A DNA stretch of 64,000 nucleotides from Bacilli bacterium (GCA_051886215.1 JBJEXX010000111.1:2679-66678); one strand, 5' to 3'. Shown: positions 25,816-36,640, numbered from the stretch's first letter. Translations and numbers: made by a program. Notes: a model not told the origin generated them from the letters alone.

Positions 25816-27522
25816 TTATTTTCTATCCTTTCTTTCAAACATACTAGCGGTAGTATTTTTTACTACATCTGCATCTAAAGAAATTACCTCACTGTCACCA
25901 CGCATTACTTCTTTTATGAAAGGAGTTCTAATATTATTAACTATTGTCTGTAAACTTCTAGCTCCCGTATTCAAATCATAAGCAGCATCCACAATTGCAT
26001 CATAAGTATCATCTGCTATTTCTAATTTTTTTCCTTTAGATGAAATCCATTTTTCAAATCCTATCATAGGGCTAATAGTTGATTCTTTTAATATTTTTAA
26101 TAGCGATTCTTTAGAATACGGATTAGTATGAAGATAGGTATTAAATCTACCTACTAATTCTCTTTCTATACCTATATCAATTAAATCTTGAGGTGTAATT
26201 GTATATTCCTTTTCTTGTGACTCATTATTATTTTGTTCACCAAATCCTATAATACTCGTAGTAGCAGTCTTATCTTCTCTTAAATCGGTTAAAGCTGCTA
26301 AACATATAAAAGTTAATTTGGAAGTATCAAATTCAACTGAACTACTACCAAAGAATCCCCCACCTGTAGACACATTATATTTTCCTCCACCCATAAAGTC
26401 TAATAATTGCTGTTGAACTGCTTTTTTCATTTCTAGAGAACCATTACCACGACTATAAGCTATTTTATCAAATTCATCAAACACAATTATCCCTCTTTGA
26501 GCTTTTTCCAAATCACCATCTGCTTTATCTAGCAATTCTTTAAGTGTATCTGTAATATTTCCTCCAACATAACCTGTACTTGAATAATTAGTTATAGAAG
26601 TTCTTGTAAAAGGTATATCTAACTCATCTGTAATAGCTCTAGCTATTCCGGTTTTACCAGTACCAGTAGGCCCATCTAAGAAAATAATTGAACGCTCTCC
26701 ATCCATAACATCATCTCTATTGGCCAATTCTTGATTATTAACTATATTATAAAATAAAAATTCCGCAGCTACTTCTTGTCCAATAAATCTCTTTTGTATA
26801 TCAGATAATAATTCCCAAAGTTTTTCTTCTGTTAAACTATTTTTATTTTCTTCTGTTTCATTTTTTTCATCTTCAATAGATAATTTTTTTATATCAGATT
26901 TCTTTAAGCTAAATTCAATATCCTTAATACTTTTATTTATATTATCTAAGGTTATATTTAGTGATGAAGGTGAAGGAATTGTTGATATAGAAAGGTTAGT
27001 TTGTATATTCTTAAAACTAGGATGCCTATAAATGTAAGAATAATCTGTATACGTTCTAATAAAATAATTTAATATGGAAGAATCCTTATCCTTGGCAATA
27101 CAATCTAATATAACTTCAGGTGTAATATCTCTATTACCATATCCATAGTTATCAAAATATAATAACAATAATGGTGATTGAAATTTACTAGTATAAAAAG
27201 AACTATAATCATCATCTTTTAAAGAAATAATTTCATCTTCTTTTAAATTAATAAAATCAAATAAATCACTAACTTTAATGTCATCATACTATTCAAGTAA
27301 ATTTTTTAAATCACCATCAACTAAAAAACTTGCAATATAAATAGAAATTATTTTTTTATCCAACTTATTTAATTTATACAAACTAGAACCTGTCGATATT
27401 TTCATAGTTTCAATTTCAATTTCTCTTTCCTGAATTGTAGAATAAATATCCATGGCTTTATTTAATAATTTTTTTGTATCATCATTTAAATTTTCATATT
27501 TAAACATATCTTTTGTATCCAT
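25816..27522 (-). pseudogene. ClpX-like AAA+ ATPase with extra N-terminal region, interrupted by one in-frame TAG (27289-27291)
   Basis: Walker A GPTGTGKTG, Walker B IIVFDEFDK, and sensor GARSLQ resemble ClpX. The 77-aa ORF 27289-27522 (AAGGAG SD) is in the same frame. The 40 codons after the TAG are open, contain no ATG/GTG start, and show no recognisable SD before the TTG at 27168. Confidence 0.6.
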
Positions 27523-27630
27523 AATAAAAGCTCCTTATTTTATTATAATCTTACCTACATAATACCATATTATAATAAAAATATGGTAAAAATATTTAAA
27601 ATCCATCATTTTAAAACAATAATTTACACT

Positions 27631-27660
27631 AAAAAAACAGTTTTTAAAAACTGTTTTTTT
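27631..27660 (-). terminator. Bidirectional hairpin terminator after the aminopeptidase gene
   Basis: Perfect palindrome AAAAACAGTTTTT/AAAAACTGTTTTT. Confidence 0.65.
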
Positions 27661-28858
27661 ATATACTAAAATTTCCATCCTTAAATATCTCTATTTTTTC
27701 ACCATCAAATGTTTCACCAATAATAGATAAATCATTAGTTCCTATCATAAAATCAACATGATTATCACATTTATTATAACCATAATTTTCTTTATTATCA
27801 TCAATATCTAAACATTCTGAAAAAGCATCACCTAAAGCCAAATGACAAGAAGCATTCTCATCATATAAAGTCTCATAAAATAAAATATTACTATTAGAAA
27901 TAGGAGAATTATAAGGAACCAACGCTATTTCTCCTAACATATCCATTCCTTTATATTCTTCTATCATTTTATTAAGTATATCATTACCTTCTTTAGCTTT
28001 TGCTTCTACTACTTTACCATTCTTAAATTTAATATAAAAATCTTTAATTATATTACCATTGTATACTAAGACTTTTGAAGCATACACAATACCATTTGTT
28101 CCATTTTTAACAGGAGAAGTAAATATTTCTTCACTAGGAATATTAGGAATAAATTCTAAATCACTATTTTTCTTTTTTGTTGCAACAGAACACCATATAG
28201 TATGAGAAGAAAGTTCTAATTCTAAATCTGTTCCTAAACTATTTTTATAATATAATTTTTTTAATTTTAAAGCATTTAATTTATCTACTAAAATCTTTTT
28301 ATCTTCAATATATTTATTCCAATTATTTATAGGATCTTCACTATCCAATCTACAACATTTAAAAATAACATTCCAAAGTTCTTTAATAGGATCATTACTA
28401 TTTGGAAAAATCTTTTTAGCTAAACCCATAGTAGGAACTAAAGCAATACACCAAGTATTAATATTATCAAATCTTCTAAGTCTTGCTTCATTTTGCGTCA
28501 ACATAGATTTATGACTTATAGTAGATAATTTTTTTGAATCTATATCACTCATTAAATTTGGATCAAAACTAGAAATATATACAAAAGCACAATCTCTTTT
28601 AGCGTATTCATTAAAAACTGATTTATCCCACATTTGATTTTTTAAAATATCTTTTTCTTCTAAACTTAATAATTGTTCATGTTTAATTTCTTCATCCACA
28701 AAATTATAATATATATCAACAACTCCAAGTTTATGAGCTACTTTAGTAAATACTCTTACAAATTCATATTGTTCTAAACAACAAGATAAAACTACAGGTT
28801 GATTTTTTTGAATATTAACTCCTTTTTTTAAAATTAATTCAGCGTACTTTTCATACAT
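27659..28858 (-). CDS. Aminopeptidase, M29 (AmpS/PepS) family
   Basis: 399 aa; the overall pattern (..EIFTSP.., ..HLALGDAF.., ..HVDFMIG..) is typical of thermophilic-metalloprotease M29 aminopeptidases. Confidence 0.8.
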   Translation of the reverse strand: MYEKYAELILKKGVNIQKNQPVVLSCCLEQYEFVRVFTKVAHKLGVVDIYYNFVDEEIKHEQLLSLEEKDILKNQMWDKSVFNEYAKRDCAFVYISSFDPNLMSDIDSKKLSTISHKSMLTQNEARLRRFDNINTWCIALVPTMGLAKKIFPNSNDPIKELWNVIFKCCRLDSEDPINNWNKYIEDKKILVDKLNALKLKKLYYKNSLGTDLELELSSHTIWCSVATKKKNSDLEFIPNIPSEEIFTSPVKNGTNGIVYASKVLVYNGNIIKDFYIKFKNGKVVEAKAKEGNDILNKMIEEYKGMDMLGEIALVPYNSPISNSNILFYETLYDENASCHLALGDAFSECLDIDDNKENYGYNKCDNHVDFMIGTNDLSIIGETFDGEKIEIFKDGNFSI

Positions 28859-28862
28859 ATAA

Positions 28863-29330
28863 TCATCTCCTAATTAATTGTGCATCTTTTATTATTTTAT
28901 CTACATCTTTATAAATTATATCAAAAAATTCAACATAATGAATATAATCTTTATCTATATTTTCAATATTTATATAATAAAATCCATCTTTTACAAAAAA
29001 ACAATCTATATCCTTTACTAAATCATAATTTTCTGTTTTTAATAATAATTCAGAATTTTTCTTTAGTATTATTTTTAAATCTATATTATCTATACCAAAA
29101 TCATCATAATCTTCTACTTTTATTATTTCCATGATAATACCATATAATTTATTCGTATAAACATAAATTCTATAAAAGCCACTTAATTCTATATTATAAT
29201 AATCTTTTAATTTTAATAAAAGTTTTTTTATATATTCTGATATTTCTTCACTATTATCTAAACTTATTTCTTTTATATATAAATTATTTAAATAAATAAT
29301 ATATTCTTCATCATATTGAATAAGTTTCAT
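28863..29330 (-). CDS. Hypothetical protein
   Basis: 155-aa ORF tightly packed upstream of the aminopeptidase gene. No family recognised. Confidence 0.45.
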   Translation of the reverse strand: MKLIQYDEEYIIYLNNLYIKEISLDNSEEISEYIKKLLLKLKDYYNIELSGFYRIYVYTNKLYGIIMEIIKVEDYDDFGIDNIDLKIILKKNSELLLKTENYDLVKDIDCFFVKDGFYYINIENIDKDYIHYVEFFDIIYKDVDKIIKDAQLIRR

Positions 29331-29387
29331 ATTATCACCTAAAGTATAATATGTTAAAAGTAAGAAATTGCAATATAAAGAAAAAGA

Positions 29388-29981
29388 CTATAACACTTCT
29401 ACTGTTAAGTCTTCTATTTTTTTGATTATTTGATCTCTTCCTAGTTTAGTAACACTAGAGAATAATACTATGTCATCACCAATTACTAAGTCAATAGCAT
29501 CTTGTATTGCTTTGACACTTTTATCTCTCTTACTAGGAGAAACTTTATCATATTTAGTTGCAACAATTGTAACAGGAAGATTAAAATATTTTAAATAATT
29601 ATACATTAAAAGATCATCTTCTGTAGGTTTATGTCTAAAATCTATCAACATAAAAACTCTTTTTAATTGTTTTCTTGTCTGCAAATAATCTTCAATCATC
29701 TTACCAAATTTTTGTTGTGTTTTTTTATCAACAGCTGCATAACCATAACCTGGAACATCTACTAAATAAAAACTGTTATTTATGTTATAAAAATTAAGCG
29801 TTTGTGTTTTCCCTGGCCTGGAAGAAATACGAGCAATATTTTTTCTATTAACTAAAGTATTAATAAAACTACTCTTTCCTACATTACTTCTTCCTACTAA
29901 TAAAAATTCAGGACTATCTCCTTCTGGATATTGACTAACACGAACTGCACTTATTTTTAATTCAACACTAGATATTTTCAT
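29388..29981 (-). CDS. engB: Ribosome biogenesis GTP-binding protein YsxC/EngB
   Basis: GRSNVGKSSFIN P-loop, DVPGYGYA, TKYDK. Confidence 0.9.
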   Translation of the reverse strand: MKISSVELKISAVRVSQYPEGDSPEFLLVGRSNVGKSSFINTLVNRKNIARISSRPGKTQTLNFYNINNSFYLVDVPGYGYAAVDKKTQQKFGKMIEDYLQTRKQLKRVFMLIDFRHKPTEDDLLMYNYLKYFNLPVTIVATKYDKVSPSKRDKSVKAIQDAIDLVIGDDIVLFSSVTKLGRDQIIKKIEDLTVEVL

Positions 29982-29997
29982 ATCTTCACCTCTTTAT

Positions 29998-30957
29998 TTA
30001 ATTATTCTTTTCCTTATACTCTTTACAAGTTAAATCTAAATCTTTAACTAAATTTAATGCTTCCTCTATTGTTTTTACTCTTGCTCCACTAGCAAATTTA
30101 TGTCCCCCACCATTATATTTTTCCGCTACTGTATTTATAACTGGTCCACGTGATCTTATTGAAATTCTAATCATATCATTTTTTATATCTTCACTTATAG
30201 TAAGCCAAACTAAAACTTCCTCAATATTATTAAAATTATTAATCATATTACCACCAGAAGCAGAATCAACTTCATATTGTTTAATGACATCATCTGTTAT
30301 AATTACATATCCAACATTATTTTCAGTTAATACCATATTTTGACTTATATATCCCTGTAATCTTACTTCATTTAATGGTCTTTTAAATAAATCACGATAA
30401 ACTGCTTCTACATCAATATTATAATCCTTAATCAAATTGCTTACGTTTAAAAATAATTTATATTTATTTGAATTAAACATAAACCTATTTGTATCAGAAA
30501 CTATACCCGCAAAAATATTTGAAGCAATTTCTTTATCCATAACAAGTGGAGTATTTTTTATAAGTTCACTAACTATTTCTGAAGCTGATGAAGACTCATC
30601 ATCAATAAGTTCTATATCACAAAAAGATTCTATAAATGGGTGATGGTCAATTTTAATTTTATATTTATAATTATCAATATCAGAACAATCTACTCTTCTT
30701 TTATCAGGTGTATCTAACACAATTAATAAAGCATTATCCAATTTTTCTTCTTTATCTAATTTACCTATAAAATTAAATTTAACACTGCCACTACCAACTG
30801 CGATTACTTTTTTATTTGGAAAAGTTTTCTTAATAGAATCTCTTAAAGCTATAGCGCTACACATTGCATCAGGATCTACTCCAATATGTCTAGCTAAAAC
30901 TATATTATTATACTTTTCTATAGCATTATATATTTCATTATACATTTTATCATCCAA
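29998..30957 (-). CDS. nrnA: DHH-family phosphoesterase (NrnA-like oligoribonuclease/pAp phosphatase)
   Basis: DPDAMCSAIAL, DHH (IKIDHHPF), and C-terminal DHHA1 GGGH. Confidence 0.8.
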   Translation of the reverse strand: MDDKMYNEIYNAIEKYNNIVLARHIGVDPDAMCSAIALRDSIKKTFPNKKVIAVGSGSVKFNFIGKLDKEEKLDNALLIVLDTPDKRRVDCSDIDNYKYKIKIDHHPFIESFCDIELIDDESSSASEIVSELIKNTPLVMDKEIASNIFAGIVSDTNRFMFNSNKYKLFLNVSNLIKDYNIDVEAVYRDLFKRPLNEVRLQGYISQNMVLTENNVGYVIITDDVIKQYEVDSASGGNMINNFNNIEEVLVWLTISEDIKNDMIRISIRSRGPVINTVAEKYNGGGHKFASGARVKTIEEALNLVKDLDLTCKEYKEKNN

Positions 30958-30958
30958 T

Positions 30959-32137
30959 CTATTTTATTAAAGTCATTGTGTCCATAGCAATCATAAGTTC
31001 TTCATCTGTTGGTACAATATATACTAAACAACTTGAATCATCTGTACTAATTTTTCTAAACTCACTTCTAACGTTATTCTTTTCTACATCCATTTTAATG
31101 CCTAAACATGCCAATTTTTCAATTATTTCTAAACGTGATGAAGGTGCTTTTTCTCCAATTCCAGCAGTAAAGCAAATAACATCAGCTCCACCTAATTCTA
31201 CATAATATTTAGCAATATAATCTACAACACTATTTACAAATTTATTATTTGCTAAAATACATCTTTTATCCCCAGCTTTTACACCATCTTCTATATCTCT
31301 GGCATCACTACTTTTTCCACTAATTCCAAGTAAACCACTTTTCTTATTTAAATCATTTATTACTTCACTTGCATTAAGTCCTTCTTTTTCCATTACATAT
31401 GGAATAATAGAAGCGTCAACATCACCACTACGAGTTCCCATTACAATACCTGCAAGTGGTGTAAATCCCATAGATGTATCTACACATTTTCCATCTTTTA
31501 TAGCAGTAACACTACCACCATTTCCTAAATGACAACTAATAATTTTTAAATCATCTCTACCTAATTCTTCACTAATTTTTTTAGTAATATATCTATGACT
31601 TGTTCCATGAAATCCATATTTTCTAACTCCATATTTTTGATACCAATCATATGGAACAGCATATAAATAGTTTTCTTCAGGCATTGTTTGATGGAATGCT
31701 GTATCAAAAACCGCCACCATTGGTACATTTGGTAATGCTTCCTTAAAAGCTTTAATACCTAAAATATGTGCAGGATTATGAAGTGGTGCAAAATCTCTAA
31801 TACTATCAATATAATTAATAACATCATCATTAATAAGTACAGATTCACTATACTTATCTCCACCATGCACAACTCTATGTCCTACTCCATCAATTTCTTC
31901 TAATGAAGAAATAATACCTAATGTAATTAACTTATCAAATAAAATATTAACTGCATCTGTATGATTTTCCATACTGATTTCTTCTTTTATTTTTTCACCA
32001 TTATACTTAATTGTATAAAAACTTCCCTCTATTCCTATTCTTTCAAATAATCCACTAGAAATAACTTCATTATTTACCATATCAAATAAACTATATTTTA
32101 ATGAACTACTTCCACAATTGATTGACATAATTTTCAT
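30959..32137 (-). CDS. ackA: Acetate kinase
   Basis: MSINCGSSSLKY N-terminus, HRVVHGG, FHGTSHRY, and canonical sequence over the full length. Confidence 0.97.
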   Translation of the reverse strand: MKIMSINCGSSSLKYSLFDMVNNEVISSGLFERIGIEGSFYTIKYNGEKIKEEISMENHTDAVNILFDKLITLGIISSLEEIDGVGHRVVHGGDKYSESVLINDDVINYIDSIRDFAPLHNPAHILGIKAFKEALPNVPMVAVFDTAFHQTMPEENYLYAVPYDWYQKYGVRKYGFHGTSHRYITKKISEELGRDDLKIISCHLGNGGSVTAIKDGKCVDTSMGFTPLAGIVMGTRSGDVDASIIPYVMEKEGLNASEVINDLNKKSGLLGISGKSSDARDIEDGVKAGDKRCILANNKFVNSVVDYIAKYYVELGGADVICFTAGIGEKAPSSRLEIIEKLACLGIKMDVEKNNVRSEFRKISTDDSSCLVYIVPTDEELMIAMDTMTLIK

Positions 32138-32205
32138 AATATAACCTCTTTTCCATATAATATTATACTATATAAAATTTAAAAAATATAGAATAAATTA
32201 AGGTT

Positions 32206-32769
32206 CTATATTTTTTTTAACAAAATTTTTGCTTTTTCTTCTAATTCTTCATTTGGATTAATAAAGTTATAAGTTTTAAAATTTATTATTTCTGGTAAAG
32301 AATGTACCTCTCTATAAAGATCAACATAATCAAAATGATTTAAAAATCCCATAATATTTTTCTCATTATTTTCTTTTAAAGCTTTTTTTATTAATTTATA
32401 TTGATAATTATTAAACCAAGAAATAAGTTCTAAATCATGACTATCTTCAATAAAAATTCTTTCCATCGCTATTGGAAAAATTTCACAAGATATATCTTCT
32501 TTATACTCCATACCCAAATATCTATAAGCATCAATAAAATGAGCCACTTCATGAACTTGCATTAACGTTTCTTCTAAAGTATTACCTTCAGGTAAAATAA
32601 TTTTTATTTTTTTTAAAATACCATCTTTTTCTTTTAATAAACACCCTATAAAAGAAATATTATCTTTTTCATTAATATCAACATATGTACTATTTTTAAC
32701 AATATATTTAATCATTTTATTATTAATAAGTCCTAAATCTTCATAAAATTTTAATATTTTATCATTCAT
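32206..32769 (-). CDS. Hypothetical HEXXH-motif protein (putative metallopeptidase)
   Basis: HEVAH motif. Start moved to the ATG at 32769 after GGTGG. No family recognised. Confidence 0.4.
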   Translation of the reverse strand: MNDKILKFYEDLGLINNKMIKYIVKNSTYVDINEKDNISFIGCLLKEKDGILKKIKIILPEGNTLEETLMQVHEVAHFIDAYRYLGMEYKEDISCEIFPIAMERIFIEDSHDLELISWFNNYQYKLIKKALKENNEKNIMGFLNHFDYVDLYREVHSLPEIINFKTYNFINPNEELEEKAKILLKKI

Positions 32770-32859
32770 CAAACCACCACGCCAATATAATAACAAATAT
32801 ATAAATATAAATCAAATAAAAAAGGATAGGCTCGCTATCCTTTAAGTTACAATCATCTA

Positions 32860-33069
32860 TTATTTATTATTATAACTTCCACTTATTTGGTTTAATCCGT
32901 TTTGAACTAAACGTCTAGTAATTTCACCACCAACTGATCCGTTAGCACGTGAAGTAGCATCTGGTCCTAAGTTAACACCTAGTTCGTTAGCTATTTCATA
33001 TTTCATTTTATCGATAGCTTGTTTAGCACCAGGTACTCTCATTTTCATTGAATTAGTATTGTTGTTCAT
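32860..33069 (-). CDS. Small acid-soluble spore protein, alpha/beta type
   Basis: [31 protein letters not shown] is the canonical alpha/beta SASP core. AGGAGG sits 8 nt before the ATG at 33069. Confidence 0.9.
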   Translation of the reverse strand: MNNNTNSMKMRVPGAKQAIDKMKYEIANELGVNLGPDATSRANGSVGGEITRRLVQNGLNQISGSYNNK

Positions 33070-33148
33070 GTATTTCACCTCCTACAATTATAGATTGTGA
33101 AATATCCTGAAAAAAATACATTTTTTTACTTGGTAATTTATACCATTT

Positions 33149-34336
33149 TTAAAATAAATCTTCAAATTTATTTTCATTTTTTTCTGTAACTTTAATAATC
33201 ATTTCATTATCAATAATTTCATCTATATATTTATCATAATCAAATCTGCTTTCATATTTTAGACAATCATCCAAATTAGGATTAATAACTGGATGTTTTG
33301 GTACAAATACTGTACAACAATCCTCATATGGTAAAATACTTATATCATATGTATCTATTTTTTTAGCAATATCAATAATTTCCAATTTATCAAGACATGC
33401 GACTGGTCTAATAACTGGAGCATTTGTAACACTATTAATAACTGACATACTAGTTAATGTTTGACTTGCAACTTGTCCTATTGATTCACCATTAATGATC
33501 GCTAAAGAGTTATATTTTTTTAAAAGTTTATCCATAATTCTATACATCATTCTTCGCATTATAGTAATACAATAAGAAGGTTCCACTTTTTTATAAATTT
33601 CTTCTTGTAAATCTGTGAATGGTATAACATGTATTCTTATAGAATCAGTATATTTAGCTAATTTTTTAGCTAATTCAATAACTTTATTTCTAGCTTCTAA
33701 ACTAGTATGAGGAATTGCTTCAAAATAAACTGCATCTATTTTGACACCACGTTTTAAAGCTAGATATCCCGCAACTGGAGAATCTATTCCTCCACTTAAC
33801 ATAAGTAAAGATGATGGTTGAGTTCCTACAGGGTATCCACCTAAACCATAATAAGTTTTTGTATATAAATATGTTTTATAAGGACGAATTTCTACATGTA
33901 AACAAACATCAGGATTATGTACATCTACTTTCATATTTTCAATATTTTTTAAGATACATCCTCCTAAAATATGATTCATATCCATACTATGCACTTCAAA
34001 GTTTTTATCGCTTCTTTTAACTTCTACTTTAAAAGTACTTCCTGAAAATTCTTGCATAGCTTCAATACTTTTTTCTTTAATAATTTCTAAATCAGTATCA
34101 ATAATATACGCAATATGATAAGCATGAATTCCAAAAATATTATTTATTTTATCTTTAATTATCTCTAAATCTTCATCATGAAACTCAATATACATACGAG
34201 AAATATCTTTCTTTATATGAATATCTAATCCTTTTAATTTATTAGATATGTTTTTATATAAAGTATTTACAAAAAAATTTCTATTTCCTTTCTTTGTTGT
34301 CAATTCTCCATATTTTATTAAAATAACTCTTTCCAT
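33149..34336 (-). CDS. thiI: tRNA 4-thiouridine synthase ThiI
   Basis: N-terminal THUMP-type region plus PP-loop SGGIDSPVA. Confidence 0.9.
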   Translation of the reverse strand: MERVILIKYGELTTKKGNRNFFVNTLYKNISNKLKGLDIHIKKDISRMYIEFHDEDLEIIKDKINNIFGIHAYHIAYIIDTDLEIIKEKSIEAMQEFSGSTFKVEVKRSDKNFEVHSMDMNHILGGCILKNIENMKVDVHNPDVCLHVEIRPYKTYLYTKTYYGLGGYPVGTQPSSLLMLSGGIDSPVAGYLALKRGVKIDAVYFEAIPHTSLEARNKVIELAKKLAKYTDSIRIHVIPFTDLQEEIYKKVEPSYCITIMRRMMYRIMDKLLKKYNSLAIINGESIGQVASQTLTSMSVINSVTNAPVIRPVACLDKLEIIDIAKKIDTYDISILPYEDCCTVFVPKHPVINPNLDDCLKYESRFDYDKYIDEIIDNEMIIKVTEKNENKFEDLF

Positions 34337-34344
34337 TATTAGTA

Positions 34345-35478
34345 TTATCCTTTCATAAAATTTAATTCATCTAAACATTCATTAAAAATTTTTATAAAAT
34401 TTAAAATATCTTCTTCTGTAGTTTTATAAGAAATACTTATTCTAAGACTTTTAGTACTTATATCTTTACTTTTTCCTAAAGCTTTCAAAGTAGATGATTC
34501 TTCTTTATTAGAAGAACATGCAGTTTTAGTTGAGACATACACATCATGAAGTTCTAAAGCATGTAAAAATGTTTCACTCTTAATATTTTTTAAACTTATA
34601 TTTATTATATGAGGAATACAATTATTACCAGAATTAATTGTAATCAAATCACATTTTTCTAAACTAGATACAAGTTTTTCTTTTAAATTTAAAACATAAT
34701 CATATTTTTTATCTAGATTGCTTAAAGCTATTTTTAAAGCTTTTGCCATACTTACCATTAACGCAACTGTTGGAGTTGAAGCTCTATAAATAGTTTGACT
34801 CTTTCCACCATGGATTAATGGAGTCAATTCTATTTTTTCTTTTTTTATTAAGCAAGCAATTCCTTTAAGACCATATATTTTATGTGCAGAAAAACTACAT
34901 AAATCAATATCTGTTAAATCAACAGGTATTTTTCCTATAGCTTGTGTTGCATCAACATGTAAAAAAGTTAATGGATATTTTTTTACTAAATTTTTAATAT
35001 TATTAATATCTTGTAATATTCCTACTTCGCTATTTACTAGACAAATACTAACTATTATAGGTTTATAAGTATCAAGCAAGCGTTCTAAATCTTCTAAATC
35101 AATAGCACCATTATCTTGTAATTTAACATAATGAACATCAAATCCATCTTCTTTTAAAAATTTAACTGTCTCACTAGTACTAGAGTGTTCTAATTCTGTT
35201 GTTATAATATGTTTACTTCTATTTTTATATTTATAACAAATGCCTTTTAAGGCCATGTTATTAGCTTCACTTGCCGAAGATGTAAATATAACTTCACTAG
35301 GTTTTACTTTTAATAAAGAAGCAACCTGTTTTGCTGATTCTTCCATTAATTCATGAGCTTCTCTACCTATAGAATGCATAGAATTAGGATTTGCCCAATA
35401 TTGTTTACTAACTTTAACAAAAGTATCTAAGACACTATCATCTACAGGAGTAGTTGCCGAGTAATCAAAATACAACAT
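34345..35478 (-). CDS. Cysteine desulfurase (NifS/NifZ-like, class V aminotransferase)
   Basis: MLYFDYSATTP N-terminus and PLP-Lys motif SFSAHKIYG. Paired with thiI as in Bacillus. Start at 35478 after GAGGTG. Confidence 0.85.
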   Translation of the reverse strand: MLYFDYSATTPVDDSVLDTFVKVSKQYWANPNSMHSIGREAHELMEESAKQVASLLKVKPSEVIFTSSASEANNMALKGICYKYKNRSKHIITTELEHSSTSETVKFLKEDGFDVHYVKLQDNGAIDLEDLERLLDTYKPIIVSICLVNSEVGILQDINNIKNLVKKYPLTFLHVDATQAIGKIPVDLTDIDLCSFSAHKIYGLKGIACLIKKEKIELTPLIHGGKSQTIYRASTPTVALMVSMAKALKIALSNLDKKYDYVLNLKEKLVSSLEKCDLITINSGNNCIPHIINISLKNIKSETFLHALELHDVYVSTKTACSSNKEESSTLKALGKSKDISTKSLRISISYKTTEEDILNFIKIFNECLDELNFMKG

Positions 35479-35557
35479 AAAAAACACCTCGCACATATTA
35501 TAACAAATAAAAATCAAATTTTGTAGTATAAGTTATAAATAAATAAAAAATGCTCAA

Positions 35558-36640
35558 TTAACGTGAACATTTTTTGCTTTCATCCGATTTAATATCAATT
35601 CGGCAATTGTCAGGTAATTTATTAAAAATATTAATCATCTTTTCTAATGTAATTTTTTCTGAAGTAATAGTACCAAATAAATCATCAGTTGATGAGGTTA
35701 CGGATTTAATAATATTTTCATATTCTGATTGACTTATTAATCCATTTGTATATTGATAATCTAATCTTTTAAAAAGACAAGAAACTATAAATCCACTACA
35801 CTCATCTGCCTTTTGTTGGCATGTATCAAAAATATTATTATTTTTATAAGACTTTTCTATATTTTTATTTAAATAATCAAGATTTTCTACAAAATTGAGA
35901 ATATTATCTCTAGTTTCATATTTTTCTAATTCTTCAATTAATCCATTTAAATCAGCTTTAAAGTATAGTTGCTCCATCTTTTCTTTTCCTACAATATTTT
36001 CTAAAAGAGATGCATAATACTTTTCCGCATAATATGAATTTCCTTCCCCAAAATATCTTTCTGCTAAAACCTCAGTGTATCCTTCATTTAAACCAGTACC
36101 AATAATAGAAGAATATAATGGATTTAAATTTAAAATGACCTGTTTAAATCCTGTAAACGATAAAGTACCTTTCTTAATTGTAGTAGCCATATGAAGTAAT
36201 TCATGATTTAATGAATTAGATTCATCTTTATTATCAACATTGATCTTATTAAATAAACTATTATACAATCCATCTACGTTGTCTCTAGTTATAAAATTAT
36301 ATAGTTTAATATTTCTTTCACCTATTTTTAAAGTTGTAAGATTATGTTTACAAATAGACAAATCTACATATGGTGCTTTTTTTTGTATTGTTTCATAAAA
36401 GTTATTAATAGTATTAACATATTCTTCTTTAAATCTTTTTTTATTTTTTTGGCTATTATTTTTCTTAAAAATACTATAAATATCTTCTTTTACATATTTA
36501 AAGTCTAAGCTTTTATTTCGATTTAACTTAGTTTCTGTACTCATATAATGTACATAACATACAACTGTCATTGGCAATAAAATACTAAACAACTGATTAT
36601 AATCAATATTATTTAAAAATTCTTTAATTTCATTTTCCAT
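35558..36640 (-). CDS. Hypothetical membrane-anchored HEXXH-motif protein
   Basis: One N-terminal hydrophobic segment and an HELLH motif. No family recognised. Confidence 0.4.
   Translation of the reverse strand: MENEIKEFLNNIDYNQLFSILLPMTVVCYVHYMSTETKLNRNKSLDFKYVKEDIYSIFKKNNSQKNKKRFKEEYVNTINNFYETIQKKAPYVDLSICKHNLTTLKIGERNIKLYNFITRDNVDGLYNSLFNKINVDNKDESNSLNHELLHMATTIKKGTLSFTGFKQVILNLNPLYSSIIGTGLNEGYTEVLAERYFGEGNSYYAEKYYASLLENIVGKEKMEQLYFKADLNGLIEELEKYETRDNILNFVENLDYLNKNIEKSYKNNNIFDTCQQKADECSGFIVSCLFKRLDYQYTNGLISQSEYENIIKSVTSSTDDLFGTITSEKITLEKMINIFNKLPDNCRIDIKSDESKKCSR

Noticed and set aside
27289-27291. In-frame TAG in the ClpX-like gene as evidence for genome-wide stop-codon reassignment
   Set aside because: TAG terminates other genes at their expected ends (recA at 11316-11318, LRR paralog B, the 52-aa ORF). 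All conserved genes are full length under the standard code.
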